The notes beneath the pieces were generated by a model. It saw only the letters and a program-made list of their open reading frames with translations, searched no databases and was not told the origin of the DNA. The position numbers and the translations under genes are program-made. DNA of 64,000 bases from Planctomycetota bacterium (GTDB taxonomy: Bacteria; Planctomycetota; GCA-2746535): assembly GCA_002746535.1 (NCBI GenBank), contig NVWA01000022.1, positions 23,577 through 87,576 of the forward strand, given 5' to 3'. Positions 1 through 9,075 of the stretch are shown in pieces. Within the stretch, counting starts at the first letter, position 1. Each line of letters starts with the position of its first letter.

Positions 1-879
1 CCTTTGCATCCGCCGTTACCAATCCCATTTCATTTTGCTCAAACCCTCTAATACTTTCGCTACCTTCATAAATATCATTATACCCTTTGGTTAAATTAGG
101 AATATAACTCCAATAGCCATTTCCCCATTGACGACGAGGCCAAAATCGTTCTGTAGGACCTTCAGCACCCGTTTCTTTCGGACCAATACCGTTCTTAAAA
201 CTACTATGTCTTTCAAAATTTTTAGGATGTCCTGGTGAAACATACCAATACCCTCTTTGATAAAAATAACGATGTAGACTTTCACCAGGGCGAATCCTAA
301 AGCTCATTGAATGTAACCGCTCTGCTAATACTGGTAGATAACTTGGTTCTGAAGCATATAGCTTATAAAAATTCTCGGGCAACCTATCAGGAAAATGAAA
401 AGGATTCGATGGATTTTTTTGTTTAGTAATTAATGTAACATCTTGAAAAAGATCTTCTCTTGAAGCAATAATATTTTGCTCTGGTGGATGTTTGTGATAA
501 TACATTTGAATATCGGCATCAAAGTAATGCCAAGCATTGTCATAAAAAACTTCCGCACCTTCATGACCCATAATATTTGCAATTCGAACTTCAAACCCAG
601 CTTCTTGGCAAAGCATAGCCATGATATGCGCATGACAATGACAAATCGTATAACCAAAACTGTTAAATGTTAACATGGGGTCATGAGTATCTTTTGCGGT
701 AAATTGATCCTCATATGGAGAATAGTGAAAGAGGCCTAAGTCTCTATCAACGATCAGTTTCCAAATTGTGATAATAAGCTCTTCACCTGCTTTATCTTGA
801 AATCTTGAATCCATCAAAATATGTTTTAAAGAAAAAAAATCTGGGCGATTGTCTGAAACTATCCATGGCGAATAATACA
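1..879 (-). CDS. Transglutaminase-like domain protein, partial (N-terminal part inside window, continues past the window start). Not in the supplied ORF track.
   Basis: I translated the minus strand from ATG at 877-879 (MYYSPWIVSDNRPDFF...) and got an uninterrupted frame to the window edge. The stretch GYTICHCHAHIMAMLCQEAGFEVRIANIMGHEGAEVFYDNAWHYFDAD fits the Cys/His/Asp arrangement of transglutaminase-like cysteine-protease folds. The short plus/minus ORFs listed for 91-673 are antisense or overlapping artefacts. Confidence 0.55.
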
Positions 880-1188
880 TAAATTTTCCTGTATAATTTA
901 TTTAAAATTAAAAAAAGACCAACAAGTCGTTTCAAAATTTTGACTTTTTAATTGTAGTCGTATATATGATATAGATTAGAATCTTTATAATCAATTATAG
1001 CAAAAATAGAAAAATCTTAAAGACTATTTGATAAGGTCATGGAGTATGGACCATACCTTTCGTTTTATTGATAAAGTGTTTAATTCAAACCAATATAACA
1101 GTTGATATAACAATTATATTTCTTAAAAATAGAATAGGATTCGTAGCTACTTTTGATGTATACGTATTAAAAATAATCACACTTTTTA

Positions 1189-1890
1189 ATGAAAGATCAC
1201 ATGCATATAATCACCTTAAGTTTTGATGATGGGTTTTTGAATTCAAATCTTAAAATCGCCGAAATTTATGAAAAAAATAATTTATCCGCTTGTTTTAATA
1301 TCATTGCAACTGGTCATTTGAATAATTTTAAATCTCCTGATAAAGGACAAGGCAAAATAAAAAAAGGTGATTTTAAAATTTGGAACGAACTTCAAAAACG
1401 TGGTCATGAGATAATGCCACACGGTTATAACCATACAAACAAATCTGATGTTCCTTTTGAAGAAGCTCAAAGCCTTATATTAAATTGTCTGGATATTTTT
1501 AATTCTGAACTAGACAATTTTGATCCACTTGAATCAATATTTAATTTTCCCTATAATAGTTCTACTCCAGAATTAGAAGAATGGCTTCTGACTGTAGTAA
1601 AAGCATTTCGAACATCTGGTGATGCCATTAATCCCCTACCCTACAAAGGAATGAAAAAACTAACAACAACAGGATTTGGCCCAGGTAATTGTGAATCACA
1701 TTTAAATGACCATAAAGAAAAATTCCTTAATGGCCCTCCCGGTTGGTTTATCTACAACACTCATGGCCTTGAAGATGAAGGTTGGGGACCAATTGGTACA
1801 GATTATTTAGATGAATTACTTAAAAGACTAACAGTAATCGAAACCGTCAAAATATTACCCGCTGGACAAGCATTAAAAATAATACTTTGA
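1189..1890 (+). CDS. Polysaccharide deacetylase (NodB homology domain) family protein
   Basis: 233 aa; N-terminal LSFDDGF motif and downstream HGYNH motif are typical of the NodB/polysaccharide deacetylase metal-binding triad. Confidence 0.6.
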   Translation: MKDHMHIITLSFDDGFLNSNLKIAEIYEKNNLSACFNIIATGHLNNFKSPDKGQGKIKKGDFKIWNELQKRGHEIMPHGYNHTNKSDVPFEEAQSLILNCLDIFNSELDNFDPLESIFNFPYNSSTPELEEWLLTVVKAFRTSGDAINPLPYKGMKKLTTTGFGPGNCESHLNDHKEKFLNGPPGWFIYNTHGLEDEGWGPIGTDYLDELLKRLTVIETVKILPAGQALKIIL

Positions 1891-2205
1891 TAAATACATA
1901 TGTATATTCATCCATGATTCAAAAATAAAAAAAGACTTTCCCAAAAATAAATAAACACTTACCTCCCCCCTTTTTTTATTATTCTCAAAGTCTCCAAAAC
2001 AAAACTTTTTTAATAAGATAGGAATACTCTTACCCCACCGAACTCGACGGTTAATGAATTTTAAAGGTATAATTGATGACTTTCTGAATACTGACGTCAA
2101 AAGGTTTCTGGGAAATCATTATATGTGTAGACACAGATATTGTCTCTTGATAAAATTATTCAATGGCGTCACAATAAACTGGTTTTACAAATCCGGAGAT
2201 ACCAC

Positions 2206-2934
2206 ATGACAGAAAATGAAAACTTAGATGATAATTTAGATGAAATGACTTCGTATTATGGACAATTGGCCCCTCGATATGAGTCTAAACAAGGTAAAGA
2301 TGTAGAGCTATCTGAAGATCATCAGAAATATTGGAAGACTTTATTTAGTTGTTTTCAGAAGCATGTGACCGGGTGTAACATTCTTGAGATTGGATGTGGT
2401 CCAGGTACTTGGACTCAACAGTTGGCTGGTGTAGCCCAATCTGTTATGGCAACTGATTACAATGAAAGCACGCTGGTGGAAGCACGCAAGAAAACGTATC
2501 ACTATAATAATGTTCAGTTTTTACAGGCTGATGCCTATGATCTATCTAATGTTGAGGGAGAGTTTAATGTAGGTTTTGCTAAAGATTGGTTTTCACATAT
2601 TCCAATATCCAAAGTTAATTTATTTTTTGATGCCTTTCATAAAAAAATCGGTATCGGAGGAAAAGTAATATTAGCTGACACGTATTATAAAGATCCACGT
2701 GTTCCTGAAGAACCAAAAAGATTTTCTCATATTGATGATGAAGGAAACATCTACCACAATAGAAGAATACCGGGCGATCCTGAAAATAAGATGTGGAAAA
2801 TTATTAAAAATTGCCCTACTGAAGACGAGATGAGATCTTATCTTAAAGATCGAGCAAATGATATAGATTATCATATACACGATACTTGGTCTAAACGAAG
2901 TGATTGGTGCATTACCTACACTATTACTCATTAA
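2206..2934 (+). CDS. Class I SAM-dependent methyltransferase
   Basis: ORF open from 2140. ATG at 2206 (MTENEN) lies 8 nt after GGAGA at 2194-2198, so it is the likelier start. LEIGCGPGTWTQQLA is the glycine-rich motif I of SAM methyltransferases; an acidic motif II follows (ATDYNES). Confidence 0.6.
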   Translation: MTENENLDDNLDEMTSYYGQLAPRYESKQGKDVELSEDHQKYWKTLFSCFQKHVTGCNILEIGCGPGTWTQQLAGVAQSVMATDYNESTLVEARKKTYHYNNVQFLQADAYDLSNVEGEFNVGFAKDWFSHIPISKVNLFFDAFHKKIGIGGKVILADTYYKDPRVPEEPKRFSHIDDEGNIYHNRRIPGDPENKMWKIIKNCPTEDEMRSYLKDRANDIDYHIHDTWSKRSDWCITYTITH

Positions 2935-3152
2935 TTAAACAGTCGTGACAATCAAAATGATAAATATCAATTCAAATCATTTACTTTTATTATAAATGTA
3001 GGCACTGGAAAATGTAGACTACACAAATTAATCTAATTAGATGAAACTACGAAACTTTTACATAATTTTTATCTGTGCTATAATATCTTTTTCGATCGCA
3101 ATTTAGTATTAAGCAGAAATTCTGCAAATGGTTATTCTAATTAGGAGATTTT

Positions 3153-3461
3153 ATGAAATTTGGACTTTTGTTCTTCTTATTCATCTTTACGGCATGCGGT
3201 AATAATTCAGACTATTCGAGAGAAAAAGTCATTAAAGATCTCAACTCAATTGAAAATGTTTCAGATGAGATTAAAGTATTCAATACCATCTATAGTTCAT
3301 CAAAAGTTCATGTACTTGTTTACGATGAAGATGGCAAAAAATACAACGGTAGTGACCCCGACTTTCAAGGCGTCTCTATTGCATTTAACAATTTTGGCAG
3401 ACCATGGGTGAAATACACGCCTTTGGATTATGAAAATGTAGCTATCCTTAGGGGTCAATAA
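3153..3461 (+). CDS. Small lipoprotein (hypothetical)
   Basis: AGGAG precedes the ATG. N-terminus MKFGLLFFLFIFTACGNN is a signal peptide with a lipobox (FTAC). Confidence 0.5.
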   Translation: MKFGLLFFLFIFTACGNNSDYSREKVIKDLNSIENVSDEIKVFNTIYSSSKVHVLVYDEDGKKYNGSDPDFQGVSIAFNNFGRPWVKYTPLDYENVAILRGQ

Positions 3462-3512
3462 CATTGCCCTGTCACAAATGTTGAACTTCATTACATTAAT
3501 TAGGAAGACAAA

Positions 3513-3980
3513 ATGAAATACTTTTTAGCCATTTTAATATTATTATTATTTTCAGGCTGTGGTAATTCGGCACCTACCAAAAAATTAAAAAAGAAAGCTT
3601 ATGGTTTAGCCAGCAAAGGAAAAACTGAAGAACTTCGAAAATTAATCAAAGAAAATCCTGCCCTCGCAAATGCAGAGGTAGCAAGATCAAGTAAATTCCT
3701 TGAAGTTGTAGTTGATACGCGCCCGCCATTCAAGAACATGTATAAAACCATTGAAATGTTATTAGAAGAAGGTGCCGATCCAAATGCAAATTCGAGTAAG
3801 GTACTACGTAAGGCAATATGGCACACAGATCCAATCTCATTAAAGCTGCTCCTAGATTATGGCGCTGACCTCAATACGGTTTATGAAAAGAAAAACATCA
3901 CTCTGCTTGAATATTCACAGAGTTTTAGTGATCACCGCTTAGATGCGATCACTGATGCTTGGGAAGAAGGTGATGATTAA
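3513..3980 (+). CDS. Ankyrin-repeat lipoprotein
   Basis: Signal peptide plus lipobox (LLLFSGCGNS). Two ankyrin-like units: MLLEEGADPNANSSKVLRKAI and KLLLDYGADLNTVYEKKNITLLEY. Confidence 0.5.
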   Translation: MKYFLAILILLLFSGCGNSAPTKKLKKKAYGLASKGKTEELRKLIKENPALANAEVARSSKFLEVVVDTRPPFKNMYKTIEMLLEEGADPNANSSKVLRKAIWHTDPISLKLLLDYGADLNTVYEKKNITLLEYSQSFSDHRLDAITDAWEEGDD

Positions 3981-4120
3981 ATTTTTCAATAATAATTTCG
4001 TTGGAATTATTCTATGAATAATTTTCCTGTGACTATCAACAGAAATAACCTTATTACATTATAGAGTCGCCCTATAATTTTCATCCATTTATATTTTGGT
4101 TGTAAAACTAAAATCAAGGG

Positions 4121-4304
4121 GATGATCGATATTAACTTGTGCTTATCTTTTGCTTTTAATATGGCGCCAGCCCCTGGGAGCGAGAGCCGGCGGATCTCGC
4201 TCCCAGAGGCTAACGCCTATAATAAAATCTAAGATAAACACCTGCGGATGCCATAGTATTAATTACTATACCACTTTTACAACTTGAAGAAAAATTCTGC
4301 AAAT
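4121..4304. repeat. Copy A of a ~185-bp non-coding repeat unit carrying a compact GC-rich hairpin (4173-4209)
   Basis: About 90% identical to 4394-4680 after removing the copy-B insertion. Hairpin CTGGGAGCGAGA-gccggcgga-TCTCGCTCCCAG (12-bp stem). The unit ends in the palindromic motif GAAGAAAAATTCTGCAAAT. Confidence 0.8.
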
Positions 4305-4352
4305 AAATATTTGAGGGAACTCATATTGAAAAAATATAAAGGTACTTAGTCT

Positions 4353-4362
4353 CCCCCCCCCC
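4353..4362. repeat. C10 homopolymeric tract between the two repeat copies
   Basis: ctCCCCCCCCCCtgataa, read directly; a very unusual run in an AT-rich background. Confidence 0.9.
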
Positions 4363-4393
4363 TGATAATTTGTTTTCACCAACACAATCAAAT

Positions 4394-4680
4394 GAATGAT
4401 TGACATTAACTGGTGATTATCTTTTGCTTTTAATATGGCGCCAGCCCCTGGGAGCGAGAGCCGCCGGATCTTGTATAACTCGAAGAGTTATTTTTTAATA
4501 ATCGACTCATAAGATTTAGTTATTTTATTTATAGTATTTGCTGTGAAAAGTTTTACAAGAGCCGGCGGCTCTCGCTCCCAGAGGCTGACGCCTATAAATA
4601 TAATCTTAGATAAACACCGGCTGATGCCATAGGATTAATTTCTATACCACTTTTTGAACTTGAAGAAAAGTTCTGCAAAT
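4394..4680. repeat. Copy B of the same repeat unit, with a ~100-bp AT-rich insertion inside the hairpin. The long inverted repeat spans 4447-4584.
   Basis: Left arm CCTGGGAGCGAGAGCCGCCGGATCTTGTATAAC (4447-4479) is near-perfectly complementary to right arm GTTTTACAAGAGCCGGCGGCTCTCGCTCCCAGAGG (4550-4584). The intervening ~70 nt are AT-rich. Sequence outside the hairpin matches copy A. Confidence 0.8.
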
Positions 4681-4762
4681 TAAGTTCCAAATCTATTAAG
4701 ATTACTCAACGCTTCAAAATGGAATCATTTGATTTAATGGTTTGCAAGAAATGCAGAAGAAA

Positions 4763-4836
4763 TACACTCAGAAGGGGTCGAACCTTCAACCGCTGGTTTC
4801 GTAGACCAGTACTCTATCCAATTGAGCTATGAGTGC
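4763..4836 (-). tRNA. tRNA-Arg (anticodon ACG)
   Basis: Minus-strand sequence GCACTCATAGCTCAATTGGATAGAGTACTGGTCTACGAAACCAGCGGTTGAAGGTTCGACCCCTTCTGAGTGTA folds as a cloverleaf: 7-bp acceptor with one G-U pair, D-arm GCTC/GAGT, anticodon stem CTGGT/ACCAG with loop CTACGAA, T-arm GGTTCGA. A candidate promoter TTGATT-16-TAAAAT lies upstream on the minus strand (about 4851-4878). Confidence 0.8.
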
Positions 4837-4949
4837 ATTTAAGAGTCTGGATTTTATTTAACACCGTTTTTCAATCAAGAATAAACTTATAAAAATTAAG
4901 AATTCTCACGACTTACACCTAAATTATTGAATATTTAGCATATTTTAAC

Positions 4950-4977
4950 TTGACGAAAATGATGAGAAAGCTAAGAT
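4950..4977 (+). promoter_or_regulatory. Sigma70-like promoter for the tRNA-Thr/tRNA-Tyr transcription unit
   Basis: TTGACG (4950-4955), 16-nt spacer, TAAGAT (4972-4977), about 17 nt upstream of the tRNA-Thr 5' end. Confidence 0.45.
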
Positions 4978-4994
4978 TCTGCCTCTTTAAAAGT

Positions 4995-5067
4995 GCTTCC
5001 TTAGCTCAGTTGGTAGAGCAGCTGATTTGTAATCAGCAGGTCATCCGTTCGACTCGGATAGGGAGCT
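4995..5067 (+). tRNA. tRNA-Thr (anticodon TGT)
   Basis: GCTTCCTTAGCTCAGTTGGTAGAGCAGCTGATTTGTAATCAGCAGGTCATCCGTTCGACTCGGATAGGGAGCT. The acceptor pairs with one U-G, D-arm GCTC/GAGC, anticodon stem GCTGA/TCAGC with loop TTTGTAA, T-arm ATCCG/CGGAT. Confidence 0.8.
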
Positions 5068-5087
5068 CTCTTTTAGTTTTATTCTCT

Positions 5088-5172
5088 TGGGTAGGTACCA
5101 GAGTGGTCAAATGGGGTGGATTGTAAATCCGCTGGCTTCGCCTACGGTGGTTCAAATCCACCCCTGCCCACC
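5088..5172 (+). tRNA. tRNA-Tyr (anticodon GTA), long variable arm
   Basis: GGGTAGGTACCAGAGTGGTC...GTGGATTGTAAATCCGC... has anticodon loop TTGTAAA, a long variable arm (CTGGCTTCGCCTACGG) and T-arm GGTGG/CCACC. The 3' end reads CCTGCCC-A-CC. The 5' extension of the listed 5087 ORF is an artefact. Confidence 0.8.
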
Positions 5173-5209
5173 TTTTCTATATCTAGAATTTAATTTCAAT
5201 TTCGAAAGT

Positions 5210-6787
5210 ATGCTTATGAATTGGGATAATCAATACACATCCACAAGAAAGCCAGTATTTGCCAAAAATATTGTCTCCACTTCCCAGCCATTAGCTGCAC
5301 AAGCTGGACTTCATATGCTAATACATGGCGGAAATGCTGTAGATGCCGCGATTGCAACTGCCATTACTTTGACAATTGTTGAACCTACAAGTAATGGTTT
5401 AGGAAGTGATGCTTTTGCCATCATTTGGGACGGCAAAGAACTCTCTGGAATAAATGGAAGTGGACGATCACCCAAAGCTTGGACAACTGAGCAATTTAAT
5501 GGCCACACCAGCATACCGAGATTAGGTTGGAATAGTATTTCAGTACCGGGTGCTGTAGATGTCTGGTCATCACTTTCAAAAAGATTTGGACGCCTTCCAT
5601 TTAAAGAGTTATTCCAACCTGCAATCAATTATGCAAAAAATGGTTTTTTAATTTCAAAAGTTTTATCAGAAAACTGGCCTAATCCCAATGGAGGATATGC
5701 AGAATTTCCAGAAATAATAAAAGGGTTTTGCCCCAATGGAAAATCCCTACTTACGGGTGAACTTTTTAATTATCCTGACCAAGCAAAAACTCTTGAACGA
5801 ATTGCTGAGTCGAATGGACAAGATTTTTATATAGGTGAAATAGCAGAAAAAATTATAGAAGATAGCAAAAGACATGACGCCTTAATGACAATGGATGATT
5901 TGGCAAATCATAAATCGGAATGGGTTGACCCCATATCTCAAGATTACGAAGATATCAAACTACATGAAATCCCACCAAACGGACAAGGTTTAGCGGCATT
6001 GATTGCTCTTGGAATATTAAAACATTTAGATGTAAAACAATATCCCATTGATTCGGCAGATTTTATTCACATTCAACTAGAAGCCATGAAATTAGCGCTA
6101 GCCGATGCATTTGAATATATTGGCGATCCAACATCAATGAATATCAATGAGACTCATTTATTAAAAGAATCCCATTTGAAAGAAAGGGCCTGCTTAATTG
6201 ATATGGCAAAAGCTTGTCATCCCAAAGCATCCATTTTTGATGATCACGGTACTGTTTATTTAACTGCTGCGGATGAAGATGGCATGATGGTCTCTTTTAT
6301 TCAATCTAACTACCAAGGGTTCGGTTCTGGAATTGTCATCCCAGGAACGGGGATAGCCATGAATAACAGGGCATCAGGCTTTTCACTTACCCCTGGTCAC
6401 CCAAATCAAGTTGATGGTGGCAAACGTCCATTTCATACAATAATTCCTGGATTCATCACTAAAGATAATCAGCCACTAATGAGTTTTGGCGTTATGGGTG
6501 GTCATATGCAAGCTCAAGGGCATGTACAAACAACCGTTAGAATGTTTTCTTTTAATCAAAACATACAAGCTGCATGCGATGCCCCACGATGGTTTTTAAG
6601 TGAAACCTTTGAGCTTGGTTTAGAAGAAGGAATATCACAATCAGTAAAAGAAGACTTAATGAAACGTGGTCATAAAATGTTGAAAGGTAATGCATTTTTT
6701 GGAAGAGGACAATTTATTCTAAAACTAAAAGATGGATACGTAGCAGCATCAGATCCTCGAGCTGATGGATATCCAGTTGGATACTAA
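5210..6787 (+). CDS. ggt: Gamma-glutamyltransferase
   Basis: The true start is probably ATG at 5210 (MLMNW...), in frame with the listed 5087 ORF and downstream of tRNA-Tyr. GGNAVDAAIATAITLTIVEP, GLGSDAFAII and DDHGTVYLTAAD (catalytic Thr of the small subunit) are GGT family hallmarks. Confidence 0.7.
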   Translation: MLMNWDNQYTSTRKPVFAKNIVSTSQPLAAQAGLHMLIHGGNAVDAAIATAITLTIVEPTSNGLGSDAFAIIWDGKELSGINGSGRSPKAWTTEQFNGHTSIPRLGWNSISVPGAVDVWSSLSKRFGRLPFKELFQPAINYAKNGFLISKVLSENWPNPNGGYAEFPEIIKGFCPNGKSLLTGELFNYPDQAKTLERIAESNGQDFYIGEIAEKIIEDSKRHDALMTMDDLANHKSEWVDPISQDYEDIKLHEIPPNGQGLAALIALGILKHLDVKQYPIDSADFIHIQLEAMKLALADAFEYIGDPTSMNINETHLLKESHLKERACLIDMAKACHPKASIFDDHGTVYLTAADEDGMMVSFIQSNYQGFGSGIVIPGTGIAMNNRASGFSLTPGHPNQVDGGKRPFHTIIPGFITKDNQPLMSFGVMGGHMQAQGHVQTTVRMFSFNQNIQAACDAPRWFLSETFELGLEEGISQSVKEDLMKRGHKMLKGNAFFGRGQFILKLKDGYVAASDPRADGYPVGY

Positions 6788-6801
6788 AATAAATCACAAA
6801 C

Positions 6802-7359
6802 TTGAATGGGAATAAATTGGAAATACTTCTAAAAGTATTAACAACTATATTAAGATTTAGAACAACCTTACAACTTTCATCAGAAACAGTTACCGGAGTT
6901 AAACTAAAATTTAGATCTGGACAAGCTTTTATTACATGGAAGGAAGTTGCTAGTGCCAAAAAATACGGTATTTATCGTGATACAAAAAAATTAAGCAAAA
7001 ACAGTCTCATTAAAAAAATGATTCCTCCATTTATTCTAACGCTAAATATAATAGAGCAGATTGAAGATTCGGCAACAGGTTCTGCGAAAGAAGTCGGCCT
7101 CAACGAAGGTGTTCTTGTACTGACAACCGTTAAAGATGGAAAATATTATTATGCCGTAATAGCTGATGTTACTCCTAGACGTTTTCAAAAATTCAAAGCT
7201 ATAGCAGGTAAAAAATACCTTCTTAAAAATACTGATGTCAAAGATAAAACTAAAGTTCATCAAACAGTAACTGTCGAAGCTGATAGCAATGGCCTTATTA
7301 CTTTCATGAAATTTCAAGTCAAAGCAGGAGGTTCCCGTCTTATCATTTCGGCAGAATAA
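6802..7359 (+). CDS. Hypothetical protein
   Basis: 185-aa ORF with coding-like composition and no recognisable motif; start uncertain. Confidence 0.3.
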   Translation: MNGNKLEILLKVLTTILRFRTTLQLSSETVTGVKLKFRSGQAFITWKEVASAKKYGIYRDTKKLSKNSLIKKMIPPFILTLNIIEQIEDSATGSAKEVGLNEGVLVLTTVKDGKYYYAVIADVTPRRFQKFKAIAGKKYLLKNTDVKDKTKVHQTVTVEADSNGLITFMKFQVKAGGSRLIISAE

Positions 7360-7368
7360 TTTCGAGAT

Positions 7369-9048
7369 TTAAGATTGCAATAATTCTTTAGCTTGTAGGA
7401 GTGTGACATCATTAACACCGTCACCTTGGATCATTTCTGCAAGTTCATTAACCCTAGACTCCCCTTCAATTACTTTGATAGAAGTGGTGGTATTGCCATC
7501 AACAACAGATTTAGAGATTTTAAACTGCTGATTAGCAAACCCAGCAATTTGCGGCAAATGAGTGACACAAATAACTTGATGAGATTTTGTCAAGGCAATC
7601 ATTTTATTACCAATTGTAACTCCTAATCGTCCGCCAATATTAGCATCTATTTCATCAAATATTAAAAGAGACGTTTCATCAACTTCACTCAATACTTTAA
7701 TGACAGCCAACATTGTTCGGGCTAATTCCCCTCCAGAAGCGATATCTCTTAATTTTTTAAATGGTGCCCCAGGATTAGGCATAAACATAAATTCAATCTC
7801 ATCTAATCCTAATGAACTGGCACCTTGCAATAGAGAGCTAGGATCTTTGATTTTTTGAGAAACAGAAACTTGTAATTTTGCATCCGGCATGCCTAGATCA
7901 TTTAGTTCAATTTCAATTTGCTTCTCTAGTTTTTTTGCGGAACTTTTTCTCTTTTTAAATAACTTCAGCCCTAGGCCAAATGCCTTTTCCAAGGAGATAT
8001 TAATTTCTTTTTCTAATTTTTCAGGAGCGGCAATGCTTTGCTCCAATGCGTCTAATTTGTCGCGCATGACAACTAAAGCTTCAGATTCTTCACCACTTTG
8101 GAAATTATGCTTTGCGTACAGCCTTTTTAAACTTTCCGCTCGTGAAATCATCTCATCAATCACCAATGGAGACAATTCATCAAGCGAGGAATCATTCTGA
8201 ACCAAGTCCCTTAGCTCTTCTAAGCCAGGCAACGCTTCCTGCAGACAATTATTCCAATTAGTATACTTCTCATCATAACCTTCCAATTGCTCTAAGCTAT
8301 TTTGGATATTACTGATTAAACTCATGACACTATCTTCAGAGTTAACCATGGCATTTTTTATGGATGCGGATAATTCAGCTATTTTTTGCATATTTGAACT
8401 GGACCTAATTTTATCGTTCAAAAGATTCAACTCATTTTCTTGAGGATTCAATTTCTCAAACTCTTCTATTTGATAGGCAAAATATTCTAAATCATCTTTA
8501 CGTTTTTTTTCATTGAAAGCATAGTCATCAAGAAGTCTTTGTTTTTCACGAATAGTTTTCAACAATTCAGCAAATTCAATTCGTTGCTTTTCACAACCAG
8601 AAAACCGATCTAGCAATTTTATTTGAATGTCTTTTTTCATCAGTGCTTGGTGTTCATTCTGACCATGAACATCAACAATTTTTGAAGTTAATTCTTTTAA
8701 TACCGCCAAAGTAACAGGCGTATCCCCAATATATGATTTAGATCGACCTTCAGCCGTCACAACCCTTCTTAAAATTAACTCATCATCTTCAATATAATCA
8801 TCAAAATCTTTTTTTAAGATGTCTAACAAGCTCTTCTTTAATCTAAATACTCCTGTGACTGAAGCCTTAGCCTCATCATGTCGCACTAAATTAGAATGAG
8901 CTCTACCACCCATCAACAAACCAAATGCTCCTAAAAGCATTGACTTTCCAACGCCCGTTTCACCGGTAATGACGTTAAGCCCTTCGCAAAAAGAAACATT
9001 CAAAGATTTAATTAAACCTAAGTTTTGGATAGATAATTCTTCAAGCAT
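7369..9048 (-). CDS. recN: DNA repair protein RecN
   Basis: N-terminus MLEELSIQNLGLI...NVITGETGVGKSML (Walker A), long coiled-coil middle, C-terminal SMC-like signature and D-loop region. 559 aa is a typical RecN length. Confidence 0.8.
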   Translation of the reverse strand: MLEELSIQNLGLIKSLNVSFCEGLNVITGETGVGKSMLLGAFGLLMGGRAHSNLVRHDEAKASVTGVFRLKKSLLDILKKDFDDYIEDDELILRRVVTAEGRSKSYIGDTPVTLAVLKELTSKIVDVHGQNEHQALMKKDIQIKLLDRFSGCEKQRIEFAELLKTIREKQRLLDDYAFNEKKRKDDLEYFAYQIEEFEKLNPQENELNLLNDKIRSSSNMQKIAELSASIKNAMVNSEDSVMSLISNIQNSLEQLEGYDEKYTNWNNCLQEALPGLEELRDLVQNDSSLDELSPLVIDEMISRAESLKRLYAKHNFQSGEESEALVVMRDKLDALEQSIAAPEKLEKEINISLEKAFGLGLKLFKKRKSSAKKLEKQIEIELNDLGMPDAKLQVSVSQKIKDPSSLLQGASSLGLDEIEFMFMPNPGAPFKKLRDIASGGELARTMLAVIKVLSEVDETSLLIFDEIDANIGGRLGVTIGNKMIALTKSHQVICVTHLPQIAGFANQQFKISKSVVDGNTTTSIKVIEGESRVNELAEMIQGDGVNDVTLLQAKELLQS

Positions 9049-9075
9049 CTTAAGCCCTTATAAAATTAAATTCTT

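Noticed and set aside
91-673. Short ORFs at 91-285, 430-657 and 476-673
   Set aside because: All lie inside or antisense to the long minus-strand transglutaminase-like frame.
1282-1470. Antisense or embedded small ORFs inside confidently assigned genes. Examples: 1282-1470, 2671-2931, 5311-5628, 7426-7626, 7889-8200, 13120-14317 minus-strand set, 16382-16567, 17387-17665, 20744-20968, 22913-23128, 24313-25117 set, 28176-29063 set, 31067-31273, 35761-36990 set, 40472-40986 set, 44401-45664 set, 47781-48760, 49316-50200, 50858-51073, 52326-52635, 58814-59011, 60353-60538, 62866-63084.
   Set aside because: Each overlaps a longer ORF with clear family motifs on the other strand or frame. AT-rich genomes generate many such spurious antisense ORFs.
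1873-2100. 75-aa minus-strand ORF in the deacetylase/methyltransferase intergenic region, and the TGACGTCA palindrome at 2090-2097
   Set aside because: The ORF has no RBS or start context and is low-complexity. The 8-bp palindrome is too short to call a site without other copies.
4100-4700. Possibility that the GC-rich hairpin repeats are a CRISPR array or attC sites
   Set aside because: There are only two copies, the units are ~185 bp with no short regular spacer periodicity, and there is no cas or integrase gene nearby. The structure fits a MITE or structured-RNA description better.
4718-4843. Plus-strand ORF MESFDLMVCKKCRRNTLRRGRTF... following repeat copy B
   Set aside because: It runs straight through the antisense of tRNA-Arg. 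It is a composition artefact, not a gene.
5087-5209. N-terminal 41 codons of the listed 5087-6787 ORF (MGRYQSGQMGWIVNPLASPTVVQIHPCPP...)
   Set aside because: This stretch is the tRNA-Tyr gene read as protein. The GGT gene most plausibly starts at ATG 5210 (MLMNW...).
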